Assembly: GCA_963667175.2 (NCBI GenBank)
Contig: CAXXXF010000014.1
Span: 1 to 64,000, forward strand
Direction: 5' to 3'
Length of the DNA: 64,000 nt
DNA from: Candidatus Latescibacterota bacterium
Lineage (GTDB): Bacteria > Latescibacterota > UBA2968 > GCA-2709665
Below are positions 1 to 10,016 of this stretch, piece by piece. Below the pieces are notes generated by a model that was given only the letters and a program-made list of their open reading frames with translations, was not told where the DNA came from and made no database searches. The position numbers and the translations under genes are program-made. Numbering within the stretch: the stretch's first letter is position 1; each line of letters starts with the position of its first letter.

Positions 1-195
1 GGGAGACGAGATGATCTTCTCGTATGGGGGGCGACCGGGTGGTGGCGCCGGACCAGGGCGCCGCGGTGCAGCTGATCTTCGGCACGCTCGACGGCGCCGA
101 AGACGCGCTGCTTGAATCAGGAGGGCGCGCCGGCGAGGTTTTGGCGGAGGTGTTCCCGATTCCGGCGCTGTGGGTACGGTGTGAACTACCTTTAG
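1..195 (+). pseudogene. 3' fragment of a gene entering the window, frameshifted
   Basis: Protein-like reading GDEMIFSYGG/DRVVAPDQGAAVQLIFG...EVFPIPALW/YGVNYL* needs two frame changes; TAG at 193-195 is followed by a terminator hairpin. Confidence 0.35.
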
Positions 196-230
196 CCGCG
201 GTTCCGGCGCCGTTGCAGATCGCGAACGTA

Positions 231-265
231 CGAAAGCCCCGGTTTGAATCCAACCGGGGCTTTCG
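231..265. terminator. Hairpin between convergent genes, probable bidirectional terminator
   Basis: cgaaagccccggtt-tgaatcc-aaccggggctttcg, 14-bp perfect stem. Confidence 0.7.
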
Positions 266-336
266 CGTTGGGTCAATGCGGATTTGCACGTATGTCGATC
301 CGCCAACCGGCGCCGGGAGGCGGGGAATGACGACGT

Positions 337-1158
337 TCAGCCGGCGGACACGGTCGGCCGGGCCGGGCGGTACGGCGGGCTCCAGCAACGGCGCGCTGCC
401 GGGGCGTGAACTCGTCCCAGCACTTCATCCACGCCCTCCGGCACGTAGACGCTTGCATAGGTCAGCGGGCCCGGCGAGTATTTGTAGAGGATGGAACGCC
501 GCTGGTGGTCGGCCGTCCACGGCATCGTTCCGTGTGTCAGGGCTTCGGGTGAAGATCACGGCCGAACCCGCTTTCGCCTCCACCTGCCGCACCACGCCGA
601 TGTCTTTGTCCAGCAGGGCCACGCCCCGGGGCGTTGGATAATTCGATTTGTGGCTTCCCCGGGATACACGCAAAACCGCCGTCCCCCGGGCCCGCAATCC
701 GTAAAACATCCATGCGACAACCGTCAGGCCGCAGCGCATTCTGCCGTTTGTGAAACTGGTAGAAATGCGTCAGGTCATCCGTGGTGCCGCCGCCGTGCAG
801 CACGTGTCCTTCCGTGCCCTTGCGCATGATGATGCCGTAGACGTGGTCCAGGCGGAAGCCCTCGCGCAACACCTCGTTGAGATACGGCACGATCGCGGGA
901 TGGGCCAGAAGATTCCTGAAGGGTTGGCACCAGGGCTTCGGCCACGTGAGCATGCCGCCGAGATCGCCTCGGCCCTGCAGACCCTTCAGCGTTCTGGATT
1001 TTCCGGGACAGGGGACTGTTCGCCGGGGTCGTTCGCGAACGCGGTGGGGCGTTCCGGTCTATGGCCTCGTTGCAGGCGGCAACTTCCTCGGAGGAGAGCG
1101 CGTTCTCAACCACGAGATAGCCGTTGAGATCAAAGAAATATCTCTCTTCATCGTCCAT
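337..1158 (-). pseudogene. Phytanoyl-CoA dioxygenase (PhyH) family gene, multiply frameshifted
   Basis: RBS aaggag then MDDEERYFFDLNGYLVVENALS; PhyH-like blocks (LLAHPAIVPYL, LHGGG, GDGGFACIPG, SHKSNY, AGSAVIFT, MPWTADHQRRSILYKYSP) are spread over all three minus frames. Confidence 0.75.
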
Positions 1159-1496
1159 GTCAGGCTCCTTTTGCAGATTGGAGGGGGAATCTCCTCTCCC
1201 CCGGAGGAGCGGGGGCTGCGGGGAGGAACGTCCGGGACGCCCAGAATATCGTCCAGCTCTCGCGCCGTTTCCTCGGGGACGTCCACGCTCACGCCTTCTT
1301 CGAACTGGCGCCTCCAGTTTTCCAGGTGCGACTCGCCGATCTGAACGGAGATCGGTTCGCTCCCGGGCCAGCGCGTGAACGGGGGGCGCTTCACCCTTCC
1401 CGCACTCAGCCCCTGATGGATACAGTCCAGGATTCTGGCATCCGGGAGATCGAGATGAAAGCCCCGGAAGGCCACCTGAACGGGAGAAATGTGCAT
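1059..1496 (-). CDS. Hypothetical protein; 3' end probably distorted by a frameshift
   Basis: ggag RBS before ATG 1496; protein-like for ~90 aa, then runs out of frame into the PhyH gene. Confidence 0.35.
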   Translation of the reverse strand: MHISPVQVAFRGFHLDLPDARILDCIHQGLSAGRVKRPPFTRWPGSEPISVQIGESHLENWRRQFEEGVSVDVPEETARELDDILGVPDVPPRSPRSSGGEEIPPPICKRSLTWTMKRDISLISTAISWLRTRSPPRKLPPATRP

Positions 1497-1802
1497 AGTT
1501 CCGGTCTCCGGCTTTGTGTCGGTCCGCCCGATTCACGCATTGCTCGTTCTTCCTGCGACAAAAGATAGCGCGGTGTATGGTTGCGGACAAGCAAATTGTG
1601 CGTGCTAAACCCGCCGCGCAGGCGTCCCGACGAACAGCGCGGGCGCGCGTTTCTGTTGACACGCCCGAACGCGGAGGCGTATACTGGACACCGGTCGGAT
1701 TGGCTGAGAAATCCGAGTACCCTCGCAGAACCGTGCGATTCCCGGAATCGCCCGACCGGAGCGGTCGGGTCATCCATTAACCCGGATAAATTGGAGCACT
1801 TT

Positions 1803-2741
1803 ATGGCGCTTCTCGGCAGCGGTGAATATCAGTTTGAAGAACAAACCCATTGGGCGCGTCTGCCCGAAGGTTGGCGATTTAAAGACGTCGTGGACATGGC
1901 GGTGGATTCGGACGACCGGGTGTACGTGTTCAACCGTGGCGAACACCCGGTCATCGTATTCGACCGGGACGGACGATTCCTGGGTTCATGGGGCGAGGGC
2001 CTGTTCGTACGCCCCCATGGCCTCACCCTGGGTCCCGACGGGATGCTCTATTGCGTGGACGACCAGGGCCACTGTGTTCGCAAGTGCACGCTCGAAGGCG
2101 AGGTGCTGATGGTCATCGGGACGCCTGGCCGGGGCGCCCCGGACCAGAGCGGGGCGCCATTCAATCAGCCCACGAAGGTGGCCTTCGACCCGCGCACGGG
2201 AGATCTCTACATCTCGGACGGTTACGGCAACGCGCGGGTGCACAAGTACTCGCCGACGGGCAAACACCTCTTCTCCTGGGGAGACTACGGGACCGATCCC
2301 GGGCAGTTCAACCTGGCGCACAGCGTCTGTACAGACAGCCGGGGGGCGGTCTATGTTGCCGACCGGGAAAACCACCGGGTACAGGTGTTCGATCCGCAGG
2401 GCAATTATCTCAGGCAGTGGAACAACCTTCACCGCCCGTGCGGGCTGCATATCGACAGCGACCTCGTCTATATCGGACAACTGCCGACCCAACTCGAGGT
2501 CAACGCAACCTATCCGAACGTGGGCTCGTGCGTGAGCGTTCACGACCGGACGGGCACGCGTCTCGCCCGGCTGGGAGACCCCCGGGCAGGCGAGGGTCCC
2601 GGCCAATTTACGGCGCCGCACGGGGTTGCCGTGGACTCTCGAGGCGATATATACGTCGGGGAGGTGTCCTGGAGCGCATTCGGTTCGCAAATGGACCCGC
2701 CCAGAGAAATGCGCAGTTTCCGCAAGCTGGTCCGCGTCTGA
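1803..2741 (+). CDS. NHL-repeat beta-propeller, peptidyl-alpha-hydroxyglycine alpha-amidating lyase family
   Basis: ggag RBS; NHL repeats (PHGLTLGPDG, DLYISDGYGNARVHKY, VYVADRENHRVQVFD, FTAPHGVAVDSRGDIYV). Confidence 0.88.
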   Translation: MALLGSGEYQFEEQTHWARLPEGWRFKDVVDMAVDSDDRVYVFNRGEHPVIVFDRDGRFLGSWGEGLFVRPHGLTLGPDGMLYCVDDQGHCVRKCTLEGEVLMVIGTPGRGAPDQSGAPFNQPTKVAFDPRTGDLYISDGYGNARVHKYSPTGKHLFSWGDYGTDPGQFNLAHSVCTDSRGAVYVADRENHRVQVFDPQGNYLRQWNNLHRPCGLHIDSDLVYIGQLPTQLEVNATYPNVGSCVSVHDRTGTRLARLGDPRAGEGPGQFTAPHGVAVDSRGDIYVGEVSWSAFGSQMDPPREMRSFRKLVRV

Positions 2742-2780
2742 AGCCGGTCGTCATCCCCCGGAAGGGTTCACGGCCCGCCC

Positions 2781-4043
2781 ATGCCGATTCTGATCAAATC
2801 GAAGCTGCTCATCACGGATCCCGATGAGGCGCCCGTACCAGGCGGGATCGTGATCCTCGATGGCGACCGCGTCCTGGGTGCGGGCGCTCAGGCGACCCTG
2901 AACGCGGATCCGACGTGGGAGACGCTGGACTGGTCGTCCTGGACGGTGATGCCGGCCCTGATCGACGGCCACGCCCACGTTACGGCCAACAACCGCTTCC
3001 GCGTTCCGTTGAACGTCCATTTCGAGCTGGATCCCGCAACCGCGGTTCTGCGGGGAGCAATGAATCTCAGAAGCGACCTGGCCACGGGCGTGACCACCAT
3101 GCGGACGCTCGGAGACCGCGCTGGCGTCGAAAAGCCGTTCCAGGAGGCCATTGATCGAAAGGAAGCCGCGGGTCCCCGGTTGAAGGTCTGCGTACGGGCG
3201 CTGCGACCGACGAACGGCACGGCGCCGTTTCTCTCCTTTCCGGCAGACGGCGAAGCGGAACTCGCGGCGCGGATCCGTGAAAACGTGTCGGTGGGGGCGG
3301 ACTGGACGAAACTGTTCATCACCAACGTGAGAGACGGCGATGCGTTCGAGGACTATCTGCGGGGCGACCTTACGGACGTGGCGGCGTATTCGCGAGAGGA
3401 GATCGAGGCGGCCATCGGCGTCTCCCACGATCTGGGCGTTCCGGTAGCCGCGCACGCGATCGGCGGCCCGGCAATGCGATGGGCCATGGAGGCGGGGATC
3501 GACAGTATCGAACACGCAAATCTGCTCGATGCCGAAGACGTGGATCTGTTCGTGAGGTCCGGCGCGTACCTGAGCGACCCCAATCTCCAGCTTTTCTTCG
3601 ACCGGGAGGTTGGATTCGAGTCCTTCGAGACCTGGGGCATGGACTGGTGGCGGCAGCGCGTGGAACGCGCCAGGGAACGCACGGCGCGCTACCTCCCTGA
3701 AGCCGTTCGGGCCGGGGTGAAAATCTGCCTCGGAACCGACAGTACGCACGCGACGTTGTGGCGGGAGGCCAGGGCGATGACGGACCTCGGCGCGTCAACC
3801 GTCGACGCGATCAGGGCCGTGACCACGAATACGGCCGATATGCTGGGAATGGCGGATCGGGTGGGACGCCTCGCTCCGGGTTACCTGGCGGACATTATCG
3901 CCGTGGACGGGAACCCCCTGGAGGACGTGGCCTGCCTGCGGCGGATCCGAGGCGTGATGAAGGCCGGCGACCGGGTCCAAAACCTCCTGTCCGGCGCGAG
4001 CAAGGTCTTCAGCGACGAACCAGGAACGGCCTCCTACGTATAG
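2781..4043 (+). CDS. Metal-dependent amidohydrolase (Xaa-Pro dipeptidase-like)
   Basis: MPALIDGHAH, VAAHA, SIEH, LGTD, GRLAPGYLADIIAVDGNPL. Confidence 0.88.
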   Translation: MPILIKSKLLITDPDEAPVPGGIVILDGDRVLGAGAQATLNADPTWETLDWSSWTVMPALIDGHAHVTANNRFRVPLNVHFELDPATAVLRGAMNLRSDLATGVTTMRTLGDRAGVEKPFQEAIDRKEAAGPRLKVCVRALRPTNGTAPFLSFPADGEAELAARIRENVSVGADWTKLFITNVRDGDAFEDYLRGDLTDVAAYSREEIEAAIGVSHDLGVPVAAHAIGGPAMRWAMEAGIDSIEHANLLDAEDVDLFVRSGAYLSDPNLQLFFDREVGFESFETWGMDWWRQRVERARERTARYLPEAVRAGVKICLGTDSTHATLWREARAMTDLGASTVDAIRAVTTNTADMLGMADRVGRLAPGYLADIIAVDGNPLEDVACLRRIRGVMKAGDRVQNLLSGASKVFSDEPGTASYV

Positions 4044-4084
4044 GTTTGGAGTTTTCATTCCAGCAACGGCCGAACTGGCCTCCC

Positions 4085-5182
4085 TCACACCCGCTCCTTG
4101 AACCTCTTCGCTTCCTTCCTGGCGACTTCGAAGGCGTTTTTGCCACTCTTGTTCAGCACGGTCGGATCGGCGCCGGCCTCGAGCAGGGCTTCGGCAGCGG
4201 CGACCCGGCCCTCGTACATCGCGCGATGGAGCGGGGTGCGCCCTTTCCTGTCCTGCGTGTTGAGATCGGCGCGACGGTCTGCAAGCAGTCGAATCATCTC
4301 CGCGCCGTCAGCCTCGGCGGCCAGCTGCAGCGGGGTCCGACCTGCTTTGTTCCTGGCGTCGACGAGGGCGCCGCACGCCAGCAAATTCTCCGCGCAAGCC
4401 ATCGAACCGGCCCGGACCGCCCAATGCAGCGGCGTCATTGCGTAGGCGTCGGAGGCGGTGACGACCCCCGGATTCCGATCGATGAGTTCCTTCAGCCGGG
4501 ACGTATCGTCCAGGGCGCACGCCGAATACACGTCGTAGAATGCCCCGTCTTCGATGAGAATTCGCGCAACCGCAAGCCTGCCTTCCAGCTTCGAGTCATC
4601 CTCACGTCCGGGCGCGACGGCCTCCTGAAGGGACGTCGTTCCACGCTCGCCGTTGCCCCTTATCTGCAGTTCATGGTGAACGCGGGCGCCGTGCCGAATA
4701 AGGAGCTCGGCGCATTCGGGGTATCCGCCCGCGGCGGCCCAGTACATGAGCGACAGGTTATCCGGCCACCCGACGTGCGGCTTCTTTACCGATACACACG
4801 TCGCGTCCGCGGCGCCAGATTGGAAGACCGCCCGCAGCGTATCGACCATACCACCCCAGGCCGCTTCGTGCAGCACGTTGTACGACGTCCTGTCGATCTC
4901 CAGCGGGACACCCCGTTCGAGGAGGAACGTCACGGCCGGCCCGCATCCCCTCATGCCGATCAGCACCGTCAGCAGCCGCGCGCCGATGCGGTCGAGCACC
5001 GCCGGCGCCGCGGCCAGCAACTCCGTCATCCGGCGGACGTCGGGCGCCCCGGCCCATCGCTTCGGCGCCGGCCCGAACGCCGCGGAGATGAACTGTCGTT
5101 CCGCTCCAGTGAGATCCAGTTTTTGCACGTGGCGCAGAAACCAGTTCTGTTCGAACAGGCTCACCGCTTGATTCACGTCCAC
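4085..5182 (-). CDS. Ankyrin-repeat protein
   Basis: MTPLHWAV, GRTPLQLAA, GRTPLHRAM repeats; GTG 5182 preceded by gaggagg (the ORF extends to 5332). Confidence 0.85.
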   Translation of the reverse strand: MDVNQAVSLFEQNWFLRHVQKLDLTGAERQFISAAFGPAPKRWAGAPDVRRMTELLAAAPAVLDRIGARLLTVLIGMRGCGPAVTFLLERGVPLEIDRTSYNVLHEAAWGGMVDTLRAVFQSGAADATCVSVKKPHVGWPDNLSLMYWAAAGGYPECAELLIRHGARVHHELQIRGNGERGTTSLQEAVAPGREDDSKLEGRLAVARILIEDGAFYDVYSACALDDTSRLKELIDRNPGVVTASDAYAMTPLHWAVRAGSMACAENLLACGALVDARNKAGRTPLQLAAEADGAEMIRLLADRRADLNTQDRKGRTPLHRAMYEGRVAAAEALLEAGADPTVLNKSGKNAFEVARKEAKRFKERV

Positions 5183-5445
5183 AACTGCCTCCTCACTAAA
5201 GGTTCCTTGTCGAACCTTGCGCGGTTCGAAATATAACCAAAAGGTCGGCATTTTTCGGAATTCTTTTCCGAATATCCGCTTCTCGCGTTCAGCGCTCGTA
5301 TGGACGAATCTTTCCGTGCGCATCCACGGCATTGAACAGAATGAACGGCCTGCGCCGGCAGACTGGTGCTGCGACGTGGCGGCGCGCCGCGATTTGGACG
5401 GGAACTGACGTTTGTCGTTGTCCCGGAACGGAGTTTGCTTTAACC

Positions 5446-5474
5446 GCAGGGGCAGGTTTGAAACCTGCCCCTAC
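5446..5474. repeat. GTAG-type REP-like palindrome
   Basis: gcaggggcaggtttgaaacctgcccctac; same style as the pair at 47285-47365. Confidence 0.65.
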
Positions 5475-5560
5475 CCATATCGGCCCGTTTCGCCGGGAAA
5501 GACCCACGGTGACGGCTTGTTCGTTGGGAATCGGCTCACTCCAACCGGGAATACGACAGT

Positions 5561-6250
5561 ATGGAAACGCTGGTCCGGCGCAGGGGTATCGACGGTGTCG
5601 CGGACGTGGACCTGCCGCGTGAAAAACTGGAACGGCTTGGCGCCGAAGCGCTGAGGAACGAGGAACTGCTGGCAGTCCTTCTGCGGACGGGTTACGAAGG
5701 AAGGAACGTGCTGGAGGTTGCCGGCGAGATCCTGAAACAGCATGCGCTCCAGTCGCTCATGGCGATGGGTCTGGCGGAACTGACGGACATCAAGGGCATC
5801 GGCAGGGCGAAGGCGGCCGGCCTCGTGGCCGGATTCGAACTGTCGCGACGGGCGTTGAACCAGGGCATGGGCATCGAGCCTTCCATCACGAAGCCCGCGG
5901 ACGCGGTGGGACTGCTGGCGGAATTCAAGGATCGGCGAAGAGAGCATTTCGTGGCCGTCTTCCTGAATGCCCGCAACCAGGTCATCTGCAGGGAGGAAGT
6001 GTCGGTGGGGTCGCTGAACGCGTCGCTGGTCCATCCTCGCGAGGTATTCTTCCCTGCCGTGGGCACGAGCGCCGCCAGCGTCATCCTGGCGCACAACCAC
6101 CCGTCGGGGGACGTCACGCCGAGCCGTGAGGACGTCGAACTGACGCGGCGGATGGTGCAGGCGGGGGAGATTATGGGCATCGAGGTGCTGGACCACATCA
6201 TTCTTGGGGCGGAGCGGTTTCTGAGCATGAAGGAGGCGGAACTGTTCTGA
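5561..6250 (+). CDS. radC: RadC family JAB-domain protein
   Basis: PREKL..LGAEAL..EELLAVLLRTG, HhH IKGIGRAKA, JAB motif VHPREVF...AHNHPSGD..PSRED...VLDHII. Confidence 0.95.
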   Translation: METLVRRRGIDGVADVDLPREKLERLGAEALRNEELLAVLLRTGYEGRNVLEVAGEILKQHALQSLMAMGLAELTDIKGIGRAKAAGLVAGFELSRRALNQGMGIEPSITKPADAVGLLAEFKDRRREHFVAVFLNARNQVICREEVSVGSLNASLVHPREVFFPAVGTSAASVILAHNHPSGDVTPSREDVELTRRMVQAGEIMGIEVLDHIILGAERFLSMKEAELF

Positions 6251-6562
6251 CGGAACGGAAACGTAACGATGACGTGGGCGCCGGGACCACGCGCTGTCCG
6301 ACGGGACATCGTTCATGCTGCCCCGGGGACACCGGCGGAGGGTTGTACCTGTTCGGAGGGCCGGCAGGAAACCGGTTTCGCGCGGCCGCTTGTGATGCGT
6401 TATTACCAGGTGCAGCAAATAGTCGACATCCAGGCTCCACCAAGCAAGAGTGGGAGGATGTAAACAATACGGTGCTCCCCGTAATATATCGTAGAGTTCG
6501 TTCCACGGAGTTTCCGAACGTCGTGTCGTCCGTCCGGCGCCGGCCGGCTCGGGAGGTGTGGT

Positions 6563-7354
6563 TTGGCTGTGATCACGTTGACATCGGATTTCGGGCTTAG
6601 CGACGGGTACGTGGCCGCGATGAAGGGCGCGATGCTCGCAATCGCTCCGGGCGCCACCCTGGTGGACGTCTCCCATCGGGTCCCTCCGCAAGACGTGGCT
6701 TCCGGGACCTATGTCCTTTCCAGCGCATACCGTTATTTCCCGGTCGGCACGGTCCATCTCGCGGTTGTGGACCCCGGGGTTGGAAGCGCCCGCCGCGCAA
6801 TCGTCGTGGAAACTCCGCATTACCTGTTTGTCGGTCCGGACAACGGGCTGTTCAGCGCCGTATTCGAGCGCGAAATGAAGTGGAAGGTCGTTGAGATCCG
6901 CAAACCGGCGTTTTTCAGACCCGCGGTGAGCCCGACGTTTCACGGCCGGGACGTCTTCGGCCCCGTTGCGGCGCATTTGAGCAACGGAGTCCCGACGGAG
7001 GAATTGGGGCCGCCGGTTGCGGACCCGAACCGCCTGGATCTGTGGACGGTACACGCACGCGGCAACCAGGTAGTCGGTCGGATCGTGCACGTCGATGGCT
7101 TCGGAAATGCGATCAGCAATCTTGGCAGGCAGCACGTGGGATGCGGCGAGGTCCGCGTTCGTATCGGGAAGAACCAGTTTGACGGCATCTCGCGGACGTA
7201 TGCCGACGTGCCGAAGGGTGAAACGCTGGTTCTCTATGGAAGCGAAGATACGTTGGAGGTCGCGATCAACGGAGGCAATGCGGCGCGGAAATTGGGATTG
7301 CGTCGAGGCGATCGGGTCACTGTGGATGCCGGGGCGCGCACGGGGCCAACGTAA
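6563..7354 (+). CDS. SAM hydroxide adenosyltransferase (DUF62 family)
   Basis: ITLTSDFG, VVDPGVGSARR, GPDNG, TFHGRDVF, VDGFGN; ggaggt RBS before TTG. Confidence 0.92.
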   Translation: MAVITLTSDFGLSDGYVAAMKGAMLAIAPGATLVDVSHRVPPQDVASGTYVLSSAYRYFPVGTVHLAVVDPGVGSARRAIVVETPHYLFVGPDNGLFSAVFEREMKWKVVEIRKPAFFRPAVSPTFHGRDVFGPVAAHLSNGVPTEELGPPVADPNRLDLWTVHARGNQVVGRIVHVDGFGNAISNLGRQHVGCGEVRVRIGKNQFDGISRTYADVPKGETLVLYGSEDTLEVAINGGNAARKLGLRRGDRVTVDAGARTGPT

Positions 7355-7366
7355 ATGCACGTTGTT

Positions 7367-8059
7367 TCAGGGTAGCAAATCGAGCAGGTCCGACAGACGG
7401 TTCAGTTCGTGGTCCGGGCGTTCCTCGGGAGTTCGAGGGCGCTGGTTTTCCTGTCTGCCGAAACGCAGGCGGGCGGTGCGCATGCCCAGCCGTTTGGACG
7501 CTGCGATCTCGGAATCCAGCTTGTCCCCCACCGACAGGATTCGGCCGGGCGAAAGTTCGTATCGGCGGGCCGCCCGGCGTAGCGCTCCGTCTTTTTCACG
7601 GTCGTCCCTGTCGTCGTGAAAGAAGAGGGTTCCTTCCCCCTCGCTGAAATAACCGCACAGGCCCAGGCGGTGTATCTTTCGCCGCTGCCGTTCCGGACGG
7701 CCGGTGGTCACGAGGCAAAGCCGGTAATTCCTGAGCGCGAGTTCATCCAGCGTTGCGAGCGAATCCGGAAAGGGGACAATGTCTTCCACCTCGTCCCGAT
7801 GATAGGCGGAGAGCGCGCTTTCCGCGACGTCGGCCGACAGCCCGTGCCGGCCGGCGATTTCGCGAATGGAGTCGGAGGAACTGAACCGGTCGACCAATTC
7901 CCCCTGCTGGCGACGCAGGACGTGCGCGTCCGAATCGGGAATGGCCGCGGCAAGGACTTCAGCCGCCCGAAGGCGCGCCGGTTCCGTCAGCTGCCCGGTG
8001 CAGTCGTAAAGAGTGTCGTCCAGGTCGAAGATGACGGCATCAATCCGGCGCCGAGCCAT
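7367..8059 (-). CDS. HAD-superfamily hydrolase
   Basis: FDLDDT, VTTG, VGDKLDSEI; start overlaps the upstream gene by 20 nt. Confidence 0.88.
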   Translation of the reverse strand: MARRRIDAVIFDLDDTLYDCTGQLTEPARLRAAEVLAAAIPDSDAHVLRRQQGELVDRFSSSDSIREIAGRHGLSADVAESALSAYHRDEVEDIVPFPDSLATLDELALRNYRLCLVTTGRPERQRRKIHRLGLCGYFSEGEGTLFFHDDRDDREKDGALRRAARRYELSPGRILSVGDKLDSEIAASKRLGMRTARLRFGRQENQRPRTPEERPDHELNRLSDLLDLLP

Positions 8060-10016
8060 TGTCCAGCTCCCCGTAGTCCGGCACATCCAACCCGCAGTAT
8101 ATCCGGCAGGCCGCGTCGGCCACCCTGTCCGGATTGTGGCTGATAAAGTCTCCCGCGCTACGGCTCCTCGCTTCGGACGTGTAGTCCTCCAGCAGATCGG
8201 TTATCGTACAGGTTACCAGACGCCGGATCTCATCGGGATCGCATCGCACGGGTTCCTTGCCGTCACGAATGTACGCGTTCAGCACCGGTTGCCATTTTCC
8301 GCCTCCCGGCCTGTGGAACGCGTCCGGATCCTGTACAAGCGCGTGGTCCAGGATACCGGTGTGTTTCTCCGGGAAGTGTCGCAAAATGGCGCGGAGATGG
8401 TCCGACGCGGCGAACCCGTCGGTCTGCCCCGGCTGAGTCACGATGTTGCAGACGTAGAGGACCTTGCCGTGTCGACGGGCGGACAGCGCACGGGTGACGT
8501 CGGGCACCAGCAGATTCGTAATCACACTCGTGAAGAGGCTGCCGGGACCGAGGACCACAATGTCCGAGTCCGAGAGGGCCTGCACGGCGGCGCGCGGCGC
8601 GCGGGCCTCGTTCCTGGCGGGCTGGAAGTCCCTTCCGGGCCTGGCGTAGACCTCCACCTGGCCGGTTTGGGAATCTTCCTCCCTGTATAGGGCGCCGTCG
8701 GGCTGTTGTAACTCCTGAAGGATGTCGCTGTTGGCCACATGGTACGCGCGCCTTAGAGGGGCTTTGCCGGTCTTGCGCACCATCCACTCGGTATAGCGCT
8801 GTTCACCGTTTTCGAGTTCGGCGCAGATGTCCACGTTCTGGTTGGTGGCGGGAAAGACCTCCCCGCGTATGCGCAGCATATCGCCGGCCGTCTCGATGGC
8901 TTTCTGGAAATCTCCGAGCTGCTGGGTCAGCGCGGCAATCAGGAAGTTGCCGATGTTGTCGTTCCGGAAGATCCCGGCTTCCCGTTCGCTGTTCGGAAAT
9001 CGGTGTTGAAATACGCGGATCAGTCCCGAGGAGACACGGCGTCGATCGGCGAGCGCGGTCAGTGCGTTGCGGATGTCGCCGGGCGGCTGCACCCCCAGAT
9101 TCCAGCGGATGCGTCCCGAGGAGGCCCCGGTGTCGGTAACCGCGACCACCGCTGTGGGGTTGTCGGCGTAGGTCTGGATTCCGCGCAGTACGATCGGAAG
9201 CCCGGTGCCCCCGCCGAGCGCGGCCACCTTCAACCGACGCCGGTCCTTGTCCATGCGAGCCAGATGGATCAGGGTGGAGAGCTGAGGGAGGAGGCGGATC
9301 TGATGGGTGGGCCGGTCGCCTTCACCCGGCTCCTCCTCGGCGAATCTTCCGCGTCGCATCCAGACCGTCGTGCATCCGAGCCGGTTGCCCGCCCGAATCT
9401 CATCCTGGGCGCGGTCTCCCACGCAAACGACTTCCTCGGGTGAGAGTTTATGGTCTTTGATGAGTTCGGCGAACCAGTAGTCGTGAGACGGCGGGCCTTC
9501 GTTGACGATGGTGTGGAAAAAAGGCGCAATCTTCAGGAGATTTATCTTGTTTTTCTGTCGAAGCGTCCGCCCGAACGTGACCAGAAAGAGCAGACAGCCC
9601 GCGCCGCGAAGTTCCCGAAGCGTCTGGAGTGCGCCCGGAAAGAGCTTGACGTCTTCAACGGCCTCGCTGTTGTAGACGTATTCGAGCTCCGCAACAAAAG
9701 CTTCGATGGAGTCGGTTTCCTCCAGACTCCGATGGTTGGGACGCAGCCTGTTGATGTAATCTGTGAGGCGATCGGGCTTGTCGCGCTGGAGGGCTTTGGC
9801 GACGTCGTAGAATGCGAAATAGTACGGAGACGAAGAATAGTAGGACCCGTGCCGCCGCTCCAGGTCGTTGATCCGGCTGAGGGCATAGGATTCCGAGGCG
9901 AAGAAACCATGGGCATGGAGATGCCGCGCGACCCTCTTTCGGGCGGCCTGAACCAGCGGGTCCAGGTCGAAGAGGGTGCCGTCCAGATCGAAAATGATCG
10001 CGCGGGTATTTTTCAT
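8040..10016 (-). CDS. Fusion of a HAD phosphatase (N-term) and a YvcK/GlmR-CofD (UPF0052) domain (C-term)
   Basis: N-term FDLDGT...VGDRAQDEI; C-term LGGGTGL, VTDTGASSGRIR, PPGDIRNAL, NIGNFLIAAL, LGPGSLFTSVITNLLV, YVCNIVTQPGQTDG in one open frame. Confidence 0.9.
   Translation of the reverse strand: MKNTRAIIFDLDGTLFDLDPLVQAARKRVARHLHAHGFFASESYALSRINDLERRHGSYYSSSPYYFAFYDVAKALQRDKPDRLTDYINRLRPNHRSLEETDSIEAFVAELEYVYNSEAVEDVKLFPGALQTLRELRGAGCLLFLVTFGRTLRQKNKINLLKIAPFFHTIVNEGPPSHDYWFAELIKDHKLSPEEVVCVGDRAQDEIRAGNRLGCTTVWMRRGRFAEEEPGEGDRPTHQIRLLPQLSTLIHLARMDKDRRRLKVAALGGGTGLPIVLRGIQTYADNPTAVVAVTDTGASSGRIRWNLGVQPPGDIRNALTALADRRRVSSGLIRVFQHRFPNSEREAGIFRNDNIGNFLIAALTQQLGDFQKAIETAGDMLRIRGEVFPATNQNVDICAELENGEQRYTEWMVRKTGKAPLRRAYHVANSDILQELQQPDGALYREEDSQTGQVEVYARPGRDFQPARNEARAPRAAVQALSDSDIVVLGPGSLFTSVITNLLVPDVTRALSARRHGKVLYVCNIVTQPGQTDGFAASDHLRAILRHFPEKHTGILDHALVQDPDAFHRPGGGKWQPVLNAYIRDGKEPVRCDPDEIRRLVTCTITDLLEDYTSEARSRSAGDFISHNPDRVADAACRIYCGLDVPDYGELDNGSAPD

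Noticed and set aside
5561-6250. radC as a mobile-element marker
   Set aside because: Full-length chromosomal type with an N-terminal HhH region; no mobile genes nearby
6563-7354. Fluorinase/chlorinase (halogenase)
   Set aside because: Has the DUF62 Asp-Arg-His hydrolase signature (VVDPGVGSARR, TFHGRD); halogenases have Tyr in place of this His
5471-7360. Long antisense and alternate-frame ORFs (629 aa here; also 20136-21803 extension, 28965-30611, 30660-32201, 52714-54153)
   Set aside because: Shadow ORFs typical of high-GC DNA overlapping well-supported genes
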